A DNA stretch of 64,000 nucleotides, taken from assembly GCF_009914755.1 (NCBI RefSeq), contig NC_060928.1, one strand, 5' to 3'. Of the stretch, positions 22,131 to 38,945 are shown piece after piece (the first letter of the stretch is position 1; the number at the start of each line of letters is the position of its first letter). A program made the position numbers and the translations under genes. A model generated the notes under the pieces. The model worked only from the letters and a program-made list of their open reading frames with translations. It had not been told where the DNA came from and made no database searches. The stretch comes from the human T2T-CHM13v2.0 reference genome, Homo sapiens.

Positions 22131-22293
22131 TTTTTAAATTTTTATTTTTTTATTAATTTTATTATTTTATTTTTAATTGACAAATAACTGTATATATTTA
22201 CTGGGTACAATGTGAAATTTTGATATGTTTACATTGTGAAATGATTAAACCAAGTATGTGAAGTGATGGCTTTGTTAATTACCCTGATTCAAT
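22131..22293 (-). mobile_element. Very short L1MA 3' insertion with an inverted 5' segment
   Basis: T-rich tail and antisense L1MA terminus to 22254, then sense-oriented TATGTGAAGTGATGG..TGTTAATT..CTGATTCAAT at 22255-22293. Confidence 0.7.
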
Positions 22294-24196
22294 TTCCAGA
22301 ATCTTAGTAGCTTTTGATAGACAAATACGTTACCAATGTAATCCACATCTTCATTCACCCTGAGATCATTAAAACAATTTGTATTCTTCTCAAAGTTGCC
22401 AATAAAAAAATAATGATGCTAGTGTTCACAAAAAGAAATAAAGGTTAAAAAGTAGTTTCAAATAAATGATCAGAATTTAGACCTGTCTACATGATCTGCT
22501 TCATGGTTTATATCCACTACTTGTGTAAAATTCTATTTGTCACTTTTTTTTGATATTTTCTAGTTTCTGTCACTTCGTTTTCCTTTTCCTCTCCTTTTTT
22601 TCTCTTCACCTCTTGTCTCTTTTTCTTTTTCAAGAAAATTGGTGCTGGAATAATTATGATACAGATTCCTGGGCCATTACCTTTAACATACCAAGGGTCA
22701 ACATGAAAAAGGAAGAACTTGAGTTTACATTGAGTTTACAACTTTACATTGAACACATTTTTGGAATGAAATCTCAGGCCAAGAAAATGAAAATCTTTGT
22801 TATGCCAAATGGGATCAGTTTGTTACATATCTTCTGTGTAACAATTACCAGTGGGATAATGATGCCTCCAATGGTAAAATGCATTCCATTGCTAGGCCTG
22901 ACTGCCTCTGCTTTAGTCAACATAAGACAAGTGAAGACCTTCATTGTCCCTTATCCCACCTCGCCTCAGCCAGTCCACATTTTAGAGTCTTCCTTTGCAA
23001 CACCTGTATTAGGCAGGACTCTGTGGAGAGATACCAAAGCTTTAGCTATCTTAGGTATAAAGGAGCTTTATCGAAAGGATACTATGTAGTCTCACCAAAG
23101 TGCTCATAATACAGGGGTATATTTGAGTTTTGAGGGATTTCAAAGACACTGGGACTCTCACTTTTTATATCCCTTCTTTTATCTAAATTATCTATTTGCC
23201 TTCATATCATCTACTGGCTTCCTCTTAAAAAAATGGAATAATTCAGTCAACAAATCTGGGCCTGTTTCATGACTTTCTCTACTAGAGAGGGCCTGAATCT
23301 TTCTTTTGGTAGTTCCAGTTGAAACACTGTTATTTTGCCTAAATTGAGTCAGGTGACTATCACGTGATCAATTAACTATAGGAACAGGGTTAGAACCACA
23401 AAACACAGAGAAGAATCTATGCCTCAGGAACATTTTAGAGGAAGGGGAATCGCTGTGAGCTGGCTGTGGTACTACTCAATTGAGACTCTGTGATATTCCT
23501 CATTATTAATTATGATTTAATTATTAGTTTTCTGGACTACTTAGGGAAAAAAATCAAAAACTTTTAAAAATGGTTTATGGAAGTAGTTATTTAAAATCTT
23601 GGAATGGACTCCAACTGCCTCTGTGCAAAAAGCATCGTTTACTAACACCCTGGGAGTTCTAGTAGATTCACACGACAAGAATTTGTCGTTACATTTCAGA
23701 AAACATATAATTGATCCTTTTCTCATCCCATCTCTTTTTACAGAAATGAAACTTTCTTACATGTTAACGGTATTCTTTTCCACTTAAAGAAGCAATACAA
23801 GAATTTTCTTTCAGGAGAAATTTTGTATTTCTTGGTTTATTTATTAGAAATCTTTATCTTTGATGGGGTGGTAAATGCAAGTATTTTAATCATCTTAAAC
23901 TCATATTCTAAATAACTTTCGCATGAATAGAATACTGTAGTGAATTTTGGAATTTTTGCCCAAACTGAGATTTTTTTGGCTGGATACTTTACTGATTTAC
24001 AATTATATTAAAATGTTTATATTTGGTTTTACCGATGTCATCTTGACATATAATTTCTGATTTTGTCCTTACATTGTGTATTTCCTCATTATCCTCTATA
24101 TTTTACTACATGGATTCTGTTTATTCTTTTGAATTTGATTCTTGGCAGTTATTTGGGAGTTATTCATCCTGCCTTATTTTTCCTGCTAATAGAGGG

Positions 24197-24478
<282 letters not shown>

Positions 24479-24500
24479 TAGAGTTTTTAAGTTAAAAAAT

Positions 24501-24502
<2 letters not shown>

Positions 24503-24540
<38 letters not shown>
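24503..24540. repeat. (GT)19 microsatellite
   Basis: Perfect GT dinucleotide run. Confidence 0.97.
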
Positions 24541-24542
<2 letters not shown>

Positions 24543-24613
24543 TTTTTTCTTCAAGTAGTAACTTTAAGAGTAAAACAGAAGTTATCATAATCAGGAGTTG
24601 TAAGTCATTTGGC

Positions 24614-25096
24614 TATATTAGTCAGAGTTTTTTGGGTAGAAGTGACAAAAACATGACTCAAGCAAGCCTGACACAAAACAAAACAAGAGTGACTGAATTG
24701 TTTCACATTACTAAACTTTATGAAAAGTTGAAGAAAACTAGCTTAGTAATAAATGTAACCAGAGACCTACAAATTGTCAAGACCGTGTCCTTCTCCTCCT
24801 TTTGAAACACTGGCTATGTAGTTATTTTTTTGTTTGCAATCAAGGTTTTTTAGTGGCTATGATTATAATCCTAATAGTGTCTTATCTATTAAAAAGAAAA
24901 AAAGCCCAGCCATCAGATTTAGAAAAAAATATTAGGGAATTATTCTCTTTGGCCTAGAGTAGGTTATGTGCCCATTCCAGTTGCTAGGAATGCTAATTTA
25001 GGAAGATTGCAAGGCTGCACCCATAAATCACAGGAAGAGCTTCTACACAAAACAAGAGGAGGGGCACTCCACGTTAAAAGGATAAATGTTCACTAA
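24614..25096 (-). mobile_element. Old MaLR LTR (MLT1K/L-like)
   Basis: TATATTAGTCAG...AAGTGACAAAAAC..ACTCAA antisense LTR terminus. Confidence 0.5.
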
Positions 25097-26331
25097 CCTT
25101 CCCACAGTTACATAGTTGACAGTCACAGAATGTGATTTGGACATGGTAATTAGGACTATAAAGTCTATAAACTTTCTAAAACATGAATTGGCCACCCTCA
25201 AAATTCTGAACCTTTGTATGCATTTTCCTACGTAAATAATTTCTATGATTATTTTCCACTACATCCAGACTTTACACTGCTTGAAGGCTAGGTATAAGCT
25301 TGATTTTTCTTGAAAACTCTCCTAGCATACATAACAAAATGCTTTGCACAGAGTCAGTTTACATGTTTGAAACTGACCAATAGCTCAACTATGAAAAAAT
25401 TTCCTCAATGTATTCAACAATTTTTATATTCATCATTTGCAAATGCAAACAAATTTCTTAAATGAGGGAAGAGTAAAAAACGATAGAATAAATAAAATAC
25501 GTAAGATGTTTAAGGTTATCCAGAGAGTTTTAGAGAGAGAGATTCTTCCAGTTTTTAACATGCTTATCACTATATTAAAACCCATGGAGAGTCCAGGAAA
25601 ATAATTGACCTAAGAAGCATGGTTAGTAAGCACACCTGTAGTGCTGAAGGTGAGAAGACCATCATGGCTTCTGTATTACACTCCTTATCAGTAATGATTT
25701 AACTTTTCAGCCTTTACTTCAGGTTTTAATTTGTGAGTTTATTTTAAAATCAGGTGTGCTATTGGTATAAATCAGTGATTATTTTAACTAAGTGCTTTTG
25801 TGTGCTGGCCAAATTATTTTCAGCGCCTGGTGTTTGTTTTTTTTTGTTGTTGTTGTTGTTGTTTGTTTTTTCATAGACTCTGGGTTAATTTTGAGTAATT
25901 ATCTGGATGTAATCTACATATAGAATAACAATTTCTCACTTTTAAAAAATGTTTTCTCAGAAACACACCTAAAATTCCTAAATATGCTTCTCTAAAAATC
26001 AATTTTGAAAGAATTTAACATGCCTTTGATATGTTTTAACATACAGGGGGACAAATTTATTTTTTTCTTACTAATCCAGTCTTGAATCAAATTTATGAAA
26101 TCCTAGAAATAAAGGATGTCCTCAGTAGTCTTGTTATATGGTAGTAAAAATTTTTCTATTTATATATATTGAAATGGAAAAAGTGTACCTACCTAAAAAA
26201 TCTATTACCTTACCAAACATAGATATAAGTCCCATCAAATAATATTTCTAGGCATATTACCTCAATTTGCATTGCTTTGAAAAAAATTATATAATTTATC
26301 TGTGATTACGTTTATTTTGTATGAACCTTAC

Positions 26332-26396
26332 CTTTGTGTAAGATTGACTAGATTTGTGGTTGTTGTTAAATCCTTTTGAAGACATCGTGGCATTGC
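26332..26396 (-). other. Candidate exon of a minus-strand transcript
   Basis: Donor CAAAG|GTAAGG at 26332/26331; possible acceptor CTTCACAG| at 26397/26396; Kozak-like GCCACGATG. Confidence 0.35.
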
Positions 26397-26614
26397 CTGT
26401 GAAGATTTACTTTTGTGAAAGCCTTTGAACTCTTAGCGCCAGTACTGGAAGCTTTATGCGGTATAAATGAGGAGGAGAATTCTTGCTATGCCAATTGTCA
26501 GCTTAACCACAGCTGTGTCACAAAATCTGGAAGTTTCTGTTGGAAAGGCAGCAGCAGGCACAGATGTTGGGCAATGATAGCAAGCATTTTTCAGTCACCC
26601 TTATGGAGATGACA

Positions 26615-26642
26615 ACACACACACACACACGCACACACACAC
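26615..26642. repeat. (CA)n microsatellite, interrupted
   Basis: ACACACACACACACACGCACACACACAC. Confidence 0.9.
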
Positions 26643-27654
26643 TCAACTGAGCTTACAGAGGAGGCTGAGTTTCTTCAGATGATCCTAGTCCCATGGGGCT
26701 TGGTTACTTAAGAATTAGAGGAGTCTTTGTTGTTACTGGACTCCTTCCTGCCTTTGCAGGGACTGATGATTTGGAAAATCCAAATTGCTTGCTTTGTATC
26801 TTCCAAGTCTATAGCTGAGGTTGGGCAGGCTTTCAAGATGAGCTACTTGAACAAATAGAACTGCAGGCACAGAACCAATATTTCCCAGGGTGCACTGCAG
26901 TCTATTTAACAGAATGAGCTCCTTAGCATACAGAGAACGGCAGGGCATCTTATTTACCTTCACTTCGTATTGTATGTTTTATGCACCCAGAATAGACAAA
27001 AGGCAATATGACTACTAACATCTAATTCACATTAATTTGTAGCAGATTGGAGAACCCATGTTTTACCAAGATGCTTATGGTGAAGCTACCCTTATTACAG
27101 AAGAAAAAAGAAATATGGCATTCAGCTGTTTGCTAAATTGATCATTTATATTAATGTATTTTAAAAGCAATTATTTTATTAACTGATTCTAATATACTGG
27201 GTGTGTGGGATTAGCATGGTGTTACATTGTGCTGGCTTAAATTAAAGCTGTGCAAAACTATCAAAAATTTGATGTATTGGTAAAATGTCTTTTCTCCCAT
27301 TTGTATGAGGTTTTGAAATCTACCACATTCTCAGAGAATTCATATTGACCCCAAATGGCCTGGGAAATATACATTTTAGAAATGTTCATGTTGAAATGTT
27401 AGCACATATGAAACTGAGACTCTTTTCTCAAGGATCTCTCTGATGTCTTTCTACTTCTTTGGTATATCTGCTTTGTCATGTTATTTGTTTGGCTCAAGAA
27501 TCTCAGGAGCATCTGGTTGACATTGGCCTAAGAATACATAAACCATAGATGTGTAGGTTAGCAGCATTTTCTACTAAGCCTGACCACATAGCCACACCAT
27601 TTAGTTAGCATGCAGAAAGATATCCTAATCCTGGACTATACTCTCCAAACATAT

Positions 27655-29097
27655 ATGATGTCAAATATACTTTAAAGCTACAGTAACCAAAACAATATGG
27701 TATTGGTACAAAAACAGATAAAGAGACCAATGGAACAGAATTGAGAACCCAGAAATGAAGCCACATACCTACAACCATCTGATCTCTGACAAGGCTGACA
27801 AAAACAAGCAATGAGGAAAGGACCCTCTATTCAATAAATAGTGCTGAGATAACTGAGTAGCCATATGCAGAGCATCGAAACTGGACCCTTACTTTTCACC
27901 ATATATGAAAATTAACTCAAAGTGAATGAAAGATTTAAATGTAAAACCTAAAACTATTAAAAAATCTTGGATGAAAATCTAGGAAATACTCTCTAGACAT
28001 TGGCCTTGACAAAGATTTTTTTTTGCTAAGTCCCCAAAAACAATTGCAACAAAAATGAAAATTGACCCATGGGATCTAATTAAACTAAAGAGCTTCTGGA
28101 CAGCAAAAGAAACTATCAACAGAGTAAACAGCAACCATTTGACAACCTATAGAATGGAAAAAATATCAGAAACTATGCATTCAACAAAGATCTAATATCC
28201 AGAATCCATAAGGAACTTAAATCAGCAAGCAAAAGGCAAATGATCCCACTAAAAACTTGGCAAATAACATGAAAAGACACTTCTCAAAGAAGACATACAT
28301 GTGGTCAACAAACGTGAATAAATGCTCATCATCACTAATCAACAGAGAAATGCAAATCAAAACCATAATGAGATACCAGCTCACACCAGTCACAATGGGT
28401 ATTATTAAAAAGTCAAATAATAACAGATGCTGGCAAGGTTGTAGAGAAAATGGAATACTTAAAAATTGTTGGTGGGAATGTAAATTAGTTCAGCCACAGT
28501 GGGAAGCAGTTTGGCAATGTCTCAAAGATTTTAAAACAGAGCAGCGATTTGACCCAGCAATCCCACTACTGGGTATGTACCCAAAAGAAAAAAAAATTGT
28601 TCTGCCAAAAAGACACACATACTTCTATGTTCATCACAGTGCTATTTATAATAGCAAAGACATAAAATCAATGCAGGTGCTTATAAACAGTGGATTGAAT
28701 AAAGAAAATATGGTACATATACACTATGGAATACTACACAGCCCTAAAAAGAATGAAATCATGTCTTTTGCAGCAACATGGATGCAGCTGGAGGCCATGA
28801 TCCTAAGCAAATTAATGCAGGAAGAGAAAACTGAACACCACAATATTCTGACTTATAAGTGGGAGCTAAACTTTGGGTACTTATGAACATAGAGATGGGG
28901 AAAATAGAAACTGTGGACTACTAGGGGGAGGAATGGAGGAAGACATGGGTTGAAATACTACCTCTTAGGTACTATGCCCACGACCTGGCAAATGGAATCT
29001 GTATGCCAAACCTTAGCATCACACAGCATACCCATGTAACAAACCTACACATGTACTCCCTGTGTCTAAAATAAAAGTTAAAATTATTAAAGAAAAA
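27655..29097 (+). mobile_element. 5'-truncated older L1 (L1PA17/L1PB4-like)
   Basis: Degenerate ORF2 C-terminus (ORF 28257-28886); 3'UTR GGGAGCTAAAC...GGACTACTAG...CTAAAATAAAAGTT. Confidence 0.85.
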
Positions 29098-29794
29098 AGG
29101 AGAAGGTGATGATAATTAAGTGATTATTATCAACAGAGACACTGAATTTATTTAGTTATTTATATTACATATAGAGGGAATTTTAGTGTGAATTATCATT
29201 GAAGAGTCATCTCTTAGACAAGTGTATTTATTCATAAGCATGCATGTCATGACCATGTTTTCTTATCTGATATCTCACCAAGCTTTCTAATCTGATATGG
29301 ACAGTTTTCATTCAATTTTTCAGTAAGGCTAAAACAAATGATCATGTTTATTATATCAAACCAAAACACATCATTTAAATATTATATACATTTTAAATAA
29401 TTCTATTTGTTTTCAGAATTCAGAGTCTCTCCTCAGTTAAAAAAAATACTAGTTTACTTTAAGGACAGTTTAGTCCAATTTAAAATATAAAGAGGGTTTA
29501 ACACACACTATTTATTGTTATTATTTCTTAGGAAATTAAGTGCCCTCCAATGAGTGAACTAATACCAATCTACTTTATAACATCAAACGTGTACAAAGGC
29601 CTACAACTATCATAGCAAGTAATTTCCATACCTAGTATCCCATTCATCTTCAGTAATCCCTTGTGGTGATGAATATCATATCTTCTTTGCCTTTATAAAC
29701 ATTCTCAGCTGCAACTCAACATTGGAAAGGTACATAATAAGCACACTAAGTTGATACCCCTGAAGGGTGTTGGTTCTTCCTTATTTCCTTGAAC

Positions 29795-30560
29795 TTTAAA
29801 TGTTGGAGTGTTCCAGAACTTGGTCTTTTGATCACTCATTTATGTACAATCACTCCTTTTGTTGTCTCCTGGATTATCTTGAAACCATGTGATCCTATTG
29901 ATTCATCTCTTATTCTTAAAACATACTTTTCTCTAGGTTTCAGAAACATTGACTCCTGATAGGATACTCTCCTTTCTCAGTTTTCCCCTTGTGGGTGTGC
30001 CATAAGAAATGGTTTTATATCTCTTGTCATTTTTATATGGTCTCCTCGGAATATCTTCTTTACTTCCATGGGCTCAGTTGCCCTCTATATGCTCAAGATT
30101 CCCAATTTCATATTGATGGGTCATTACCTTTGGCCTGGACCATTGAAATAACCTGGTATTTGATCTATTCAAATTTGCTTTTAGTCTCATACAAGTAATT
30201 CAATTCCTTTGGGTAAAAAAGTGTTCAAATATAAATTCTGAGTATGTTAATTCATGCTTAAAATCTTTAAATAGGTTTTCATTGATCTTAGATAAGTATC
30301 TAAATTCTCTAGCCCCTGGGAACCTCACAATCTCAAACACCCGATTAAGTTCCTCCTGAAACATATAGTATAGATTACGTTGTTTCTTTCTGTTGCTTGA
30401 ATAGCGCATGTACCCTTTGGCCTTTGGACATTTGTACATGTTAGTTCCTCCCCTGGGCCCATACAATTTCACTTCTTTGCCTGGATAGCTCCCAGGAATT
30501 CCTTAGATTTCAGCTTAAATGTTAACTTAAAAACAAGATTTCCCTGACCCAATGCTTTAC
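29795..30560 (+). mobile_element. L2 fragments
   Basis: TTAAATGTTGGAGTG, TGCTTAAAATCTTTAAATAGG, CTTAGATTTCAGCTTAAATGT L2-like motifs. Confidence 0.55.
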
Positions 30561-31269
30561 AAGAACTATATGATATATTATTTTATTTATTGTTTAAACA
30601 TCAACCTTTCTTGCCTCTGCAGAATCCTTGAAAAAAAGAATCGTAATAGACTTTAAGTCTATCATATAGTTAATGATCCATTAATATTTATCAGGAACAC
30701 AGAGACAAAAGAAATTGCCTCTCTACACTAAGATTTCAGACTGGTGGGAGAGATTGACACACACACTCAAAAAACAGACAATGACAAAAGGAAGTATAAA
30801 GAATAAAATACTTGAGAATGAGACAAGAGAGTGTATTTCAAGCCTAAATGGAGAAATAGACTATGGTGTAATTTTTCTTCTCAGGGTCTCTATGCTCTCC
30901 ATGAAATATGAAGCAAGCAAGAGGAATAACAAGAGATGTATTAAGATAGAAGAGGAGAGGTATTTATAGTTTATTTATATGACTATTTATAGTCCTCACC
31001 GTAAGAGACAAAAAAATGGACTTTCTAGGGAAACATAATTGGACTTTCGTTCTTCCAGGAAATTTTGAGAGTCCACCTCAGGCTGCTGATTAAAAACCCA
31101 AAGTGAAATTTTCAGACCTGGTTGTGTAACTTTTCTCCAGGCAAAATTAGCTCTCTGGGTGCAGGTGATGAAGAGGTAGATAACGATAGCTGAATAAATT
31201 TCTGAAAATACTGTATGTTAAATATTTTTGCCTAGAGGCAAAAGAAGGCCAAGTAATCCAGATTGCGAG

Positions 31270-31690
31270 GATCAAAGATGTCTTCCAAAAACTCCTTTCA
31301 GCAAAGGAGAGTTTGAAGAAGTAAGACATGGTATTCCAGCCAGAGAAGTGTGCATATGTCTAGATCTAGGCATATGAAACAGCACGGCACATCAAGGATC
31401 TGTAAAGAAATTCAGGGTGCCTAGAACACAGGGCACTCAAAAAGTGGCAGAAAATGTGATCACAGTGCCCAGGTCCTAAAGGCCATCTAAAGATGCATGG
31501 AGGAGATTGGATAGATCCTGAAGATTTGGGGTACTACTAAAGGATTTTAAATGAAAGAGTGACTTAATCAGAATTGTTCTGGCAGTAGGGTATAAAATGA
31601 GTTTGAGTATAGGAGGCATAACAATTGTAGCTATCTAATTATGAGAAAACGAGAGAGAAACTGAATTAAGGTGATGATGGTAGGCATTAT
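31270..31690 (-). mobile_element. L2 fragment
   Basis: AAGGATTTTAAATGAAAGAGTGACTTAATCAGA and related L2 motifs. Confidence 0.5.
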
Positions 31691-32029
31691 TTTTATTATT
31701 ATGTGTTGGTATAGTACGAAAAAATTCTCAGAGAGATTAAATTATTTATTTAAGATTTCACAAGACTTTAGCCATGGAAATATCACCAACATTTAGAGCT
31801 GGCCCCAAGTCCAGTGCTCTTTCCACTACATTAATGGGAAGCTCCCCATTTATATAGAGTTGGAGATCATACCTTACATCAGCTAAACCACATGTGAATG
31901 CAGGAGGCACTGAATGCTGGGGAGGTGAATTATCCCACACTGTCAGGGCAGAAGTTAGAGAGATGCTGCATGTATTTTTTTAGCAGCTATTATTTATCCT
32001 GAAGGAAGAAGGACAAATCGGAAATGTGA

Positions 32030-34073
<2,044 letters not shown>

Positions 34074-37000
34074 CTCAACGCGTACATACTTCATTTTTCT
34101 TCCATTTCATGTCTACTTTTCCTTCCAAAAGGGTCATGTTGTCACTCACTAGTAACAGTCTTAAATACTTTTGAGTGACATACGTGTTACTGACTTGTTG
34201 AAACCCCTAGATTCCCTTTTTCATTTTCTCATGAATGCAGTATTCATTATCAGTTTGTAAATGGAACATTCTCAGTAGCAGGACCTATGTTACCTTTACT
34301 TTAAGTAAGAAATGCTATGTACAGTTACCATCTGATGCTGTGTGAGATAGCAAGCAGAATAGTAGGATTTCGTTGTAGTGTGTCCATAATTTCATTTCCT
34401 AACCTGGATAAAATCTAGAAGCTTGGAAGTATGAAAACTTAGCTATTTTGTTTCAACTTTTATTTACTTATATCAGATGTGTGCCAAAATGAAAGAAAGA
34501 AAATACTGAACTAACAAGATGATTGAGAAGAGATATGAAATAATTCAAACAGCTCTGCCACTCTGAATGTTAGAACCGCATTCCAGAAGATGTCATAACT
34601 CTGCAACTCAAAGCACAAGTTCATTTGCAACAGCATCACAAGCATTATGGAAGTCATGGATTTCAGGCCCACTGTCCAGTGGATGTTGTTACATATGTTG
34701 ATAATTTCACTTTACTGTCACAATTTAGACTTTTATTTTAGTATGTCATATTTTTATTGAGGAAAATATCTGTGGTTAACTAATAAATACACAAAGCTAA
34801 TCAGATGGGTCTATAATGTTTAATGAACAATAACAATAGTAATAATGGCTGCTATTAAGGGTTCTTAATTTATGCTAATACCAGTGTAGGTAACTTGGAA
34901 TAAATTAACTCATTTACTCTTCAGATTCTATAAAATGGTAATATTAACCCCATTCAGCCAGGGCAAGCAAGGCTAGATATTAATCTCATTCTCAATGATT
35001 CTCAAACTCAACTTCTTAAAGGCTCTGCTTTACATTTCCCTTGTAGGAAAAGCAGAATATTTGCAGCTAGTGAACTATAAGGGTAGGTCTCCCCATCTGT
35101 CATTACAGTACATCTGCTAACTTTTCTTACCATTTTACATTGCATCTCAGGCAGGCACACAAATATTAGGAGAGTATAGTTCTCAAAACCATTTAGCCAC
35201 TTATTTATTCATTCAATGGATATATATTGAGTACCCACTATATTCCAGATATTGTTTTGTTTTAGGTGCTGAATAGAAGAACATATGAAATGTGCATAAC
35301 CCTGTGGAATGAACTAGGAGTAAAATATGTTCGCTATAATTGTGAATATAAAATTAAAGAAACTATGTCGAAACAGAAGAAAAATCTGTAACTAAGAATG
35401 TTCAAATGTTCTGCAATTTTTCTATTAGATTTACTGCTTTTTCATTCTTTTACTCCTCTGCTAGATATTGCTAACAATTTAGCACTAATTGATAGAATAG
35501 GTTTGATAGTGAAATGTGCACGAAAGAATAATAGAGAAATTCTAATGCTTTTATGTTTTTTGCAAATCGAGGTAAGACTTTTGTTATTCAATTTGCATTC
35601 AACTCAGGTCAAGAAATATCAGTATTCTCTTAGTGCATAATTTGATAATTACCAACATGGGATGAATCAACTCTAAAAAATAAATTTATATTTATATTTT
35701 GGATATACTTTGAAGATTTCAAGCAATAGAGAAATGCTGTTAATTAATGGCTACCATATTAAAAGTACTTGCTATTTCACCATAATTCTAATTTGTATTT
35801 CATATGCATTAAAACATTTAATATTCCCCCAAAAAAACATGAAATAGGTATTCAGTTGCTCTCTATTTACTGAAGACTTCCAATGCCATATTTTAAGTTT
35901 ATTTTAGATGAGAAAAAATATGCTTAAGAGGTTCAGCACTTGCTTAAGATCACATGGTAAATAAGTAATACAGCCAGGATTTTAGAATAAGACTTTTTGC
36001 TTCCAGCACTATGTAATTTTCACAACATAGCAACACTGTCTTCCACTACCATCTGGTATTTGGATAGAGAAAATATCTAAAACATTAATTATTAAGTATT
36101 CTTCTGAATATATAAGGTAGGAAATTATTTCTATTCAATTGACTGACTACTATCAAATACTGTGACTAACATTACATATGGAGATTTGCTCAAAGGGACA
36201 CAAGAAGGGGCACAGGGGAAGAAGATATATGATATAGGAACGTCCTTTTCAAATCTCTCACTTCTAAGTAACAAAAATGTCATAAATAATATTTTAAATG
36301 TCATACATTGGATTATTTTGTGCATAGCACTCACACTTAAAACAAGGTTCTTGGAACAATATAAAGTTATAACAACATTTTTGGGGAAGGAAGTAGTTGT
36401 GATGTGAACACTAATACTTCTGTAAAGCCCTCTATGGAGCAGAATTTTTTCATTTTTTTAGAAATATTACCTACAAGTCATATGTGCAAGTCTGCAGATT
36501 GCTAATATAACCCTACCTGCTCATTCCATTTAAGAAACATGAGGCTGAAATGGAATTCTACATGAGTTTAATAGGGGAAAAAAGATAATGAAAATGTGAC
36601 TTCCATGCAAAAGTCATGTGATCTGGAAAAAAACAGAAATTGATCTTGTAGAGCTATAGCTTTTCACTTTTGAACAGTTATTTCCTCTCAACCTAGAAGT
36701 ACCTATATATTACTGAGGGAAGTGAAGATTTCTATGAAAAAAGTGTGCAAGTTGATTAGTTTCTTTGAATGGGAGCATAACCAAGAAGAATATATGGGCG
36801 GAGAGGAAATAATATTTATCTACTTGGATATAGGGAAAATTTAGTTAAACGAAATAATTTGTAAAGAGCAAATGTAGTTTATACAATTAGAGCATCAATA
36901 TCAGATAACCCTGACATAGTTTTGACCATATAAATAAAACAGTGCAATACAGAGGTTATACATTTAAACAGAACAAACTAAGGAATGTAAGATCAAAACT

Positions 37001-38216
37001 GTCATAACAGGAAATGTAATCCTTTAAATGACTCATTTGAGAACCTAAATAACATTGAAAAACTAGATAGCCATGAAATGTTACTAGATCTTCAAAAAGC
37101 ATGAAAAATTACACTGCTGTCCACGGTATTTATATAGTCAAAATATTTTTCAACCTCATCATTTACATTGGCTTTTGTTTTAAAAGCCAATTTTGTTCTA
37201 AAAAAATAAAAAGTAAAGGAAAAAAAGATCCAAATATCTGTCTTATTTTCAACCAATCTAAAATCATAAAAGTAAACGAATTCACACATACAACAATCTA
37301 CAAAAGTATTTACAATATTACGGTCATGGAAATACACACACACTTCCAAATGTGCAGTGCCAAATTTCCTGAAGCCTCTCAAAAGTATTTTTTTCAATCG
37401 TTATGGCTTCAAAAAAAATAGTTTACCTTAATTACCCAGGGAGCGCCTCTATTTTACATACAAGACATATGGAAAAATCTCAGATTTCAAAGTAAATTCA
37501 TTTTAGAGCTATTTGTAATTTCCAAAATAACTTAACTGATTTTGAAGTAGAAAAAAATAAATACATATTTACAACAATATCAAACTCTAAATTGTTCCAT
37601 GGTTGTGTATTTTAGGCAAACTTAGAGTCTGGGCAAATAATAATATTTCAATCATAATTTAATAACAATTACTCACAAATTATACAATTTGATTTTTTAC
37701 CTATCAAAAAGTGATTAAAATTCTGAATCTCCCAGTAAATAAATCTGTCTCAACATTTAATCCTTAAGGAGACTATGATCCTTTAAAACAATTATTTTCA
37801 TTTGCAGCATCGAGGACCAAGACAAATTACAGACTATTATAATAGAAAATAACTTAAAAACCAATTTGTCCACTATTACATGTCTAGATTTTAATATACC
37901 CTAGTAAATGATTACTCAGGACTATAACATTATTAATTATCTGTTTTTGCTATTTTAAATACCATAAAATGTAAACCTTGGTTAATTAAAGATCTTAGAA
38001 AACCTTCTAAGTGTTTAACTGCAGAGTTTTAACATCGGCATTACCCAGTGTGTATTCCAACTAAATACTAATTCTGTAGAACATTAAAAGGAGTTCCATG
38101 AAACAAAAAATTTTCAACAAAATAAAGTTTAAAGAAAGCTGGGTTAATCAAACAAAATGTCTTCCTGTAGAACTACATGCAACATTAAACAGACATTTAA
38201 AATGATGAAATACTTA

Positions 38217-38504
38217 CCAGTTGCGGTGGCTCACACCTGTAATCCCAGCACTTTGGGAGGCTGAGGGGTGAATCACAAAGTCCGGAGTTCAAGACCAGCC
38301 TGGACAATATAGTGAAACCCTGTCTATACTAAAAATACAAAAATTAGCCGGGCGTGGAGGCACGTGCCTGTAATCCCAGCTACTTGGGAGGCTGAGGCAG
38401 GGAACTGCTTGAACCCGGGAGGCAGATGTTGCAGTGAACGGAGGTTGTATCACTGCATTCCAGCCTGGGCAACAGAGTGAGACTCCATTTCAAAAAAAAA
38501 AAAA
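38217..38504 (+). mobile_element. AluS (Sg-like)
   Basis: Dimeric Alu with poly(A); degenerate TSD ATGAAATACTTA / ATGAAAAACTTA. Confidence 0.9.
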
Positions 38505-38549
38505 ATGAAAAACTTAAAGGGAAACTTTGTTCATGAACAAATCAGATTA

Positions 38550-38692
38550 TAATATAGACTAATATTTATTTTATATACATATTTAGTTTATAATATAGAT
38601 TATACATAATGTCATACATTACATATAAGTTCATATTACATATCTATATAATTACACATTATATATTGCATATTATGTTATACATAATTACA
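38550..38692. repeat. AT-rich low-complexity, degenerate (TA)n
   Basis: TATATACATATTTAG...ATTATATATTGCATATTATG. Confidence 0.6.
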
Positions 38693-38945
38693 GAGAAAAG
38701 AGAATTATCTTTGATGAGATTATGATAATCATAATTGTCTTTTCTACATTGTCCTCAAGGAAAATCACTACAAGAAAAAGTGTTTTAATACCTTAACTCG
38801 TATATTATGAAGGCCAATTTGAGCATCTTAAGAGTGAAATAATTCACTTCTTAAAAATTCATTAAAACTATACCCTAAACTCTGGATTTAGAATATACAA
38901 CATATCCTGATAGTAAAAACCTTCATAAAGTTGACACTATATTCA

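Noticed and set aside
22550-23089. 179-aa ORF in apparently non-repetitive DNA
   Set aside because: Starts at TTG in a pyrimidine tract with a low-complexity N-terminus; no recognisable domain (TPVLGR is too weak to call a retroviral protease)
35705-35720. GATTTCAAGC match to the 5' flank of L1 #3, as a possible TSD after 3' transduction
   Set aside because: Only 10 bp, not preceded by poly(A); likely chance
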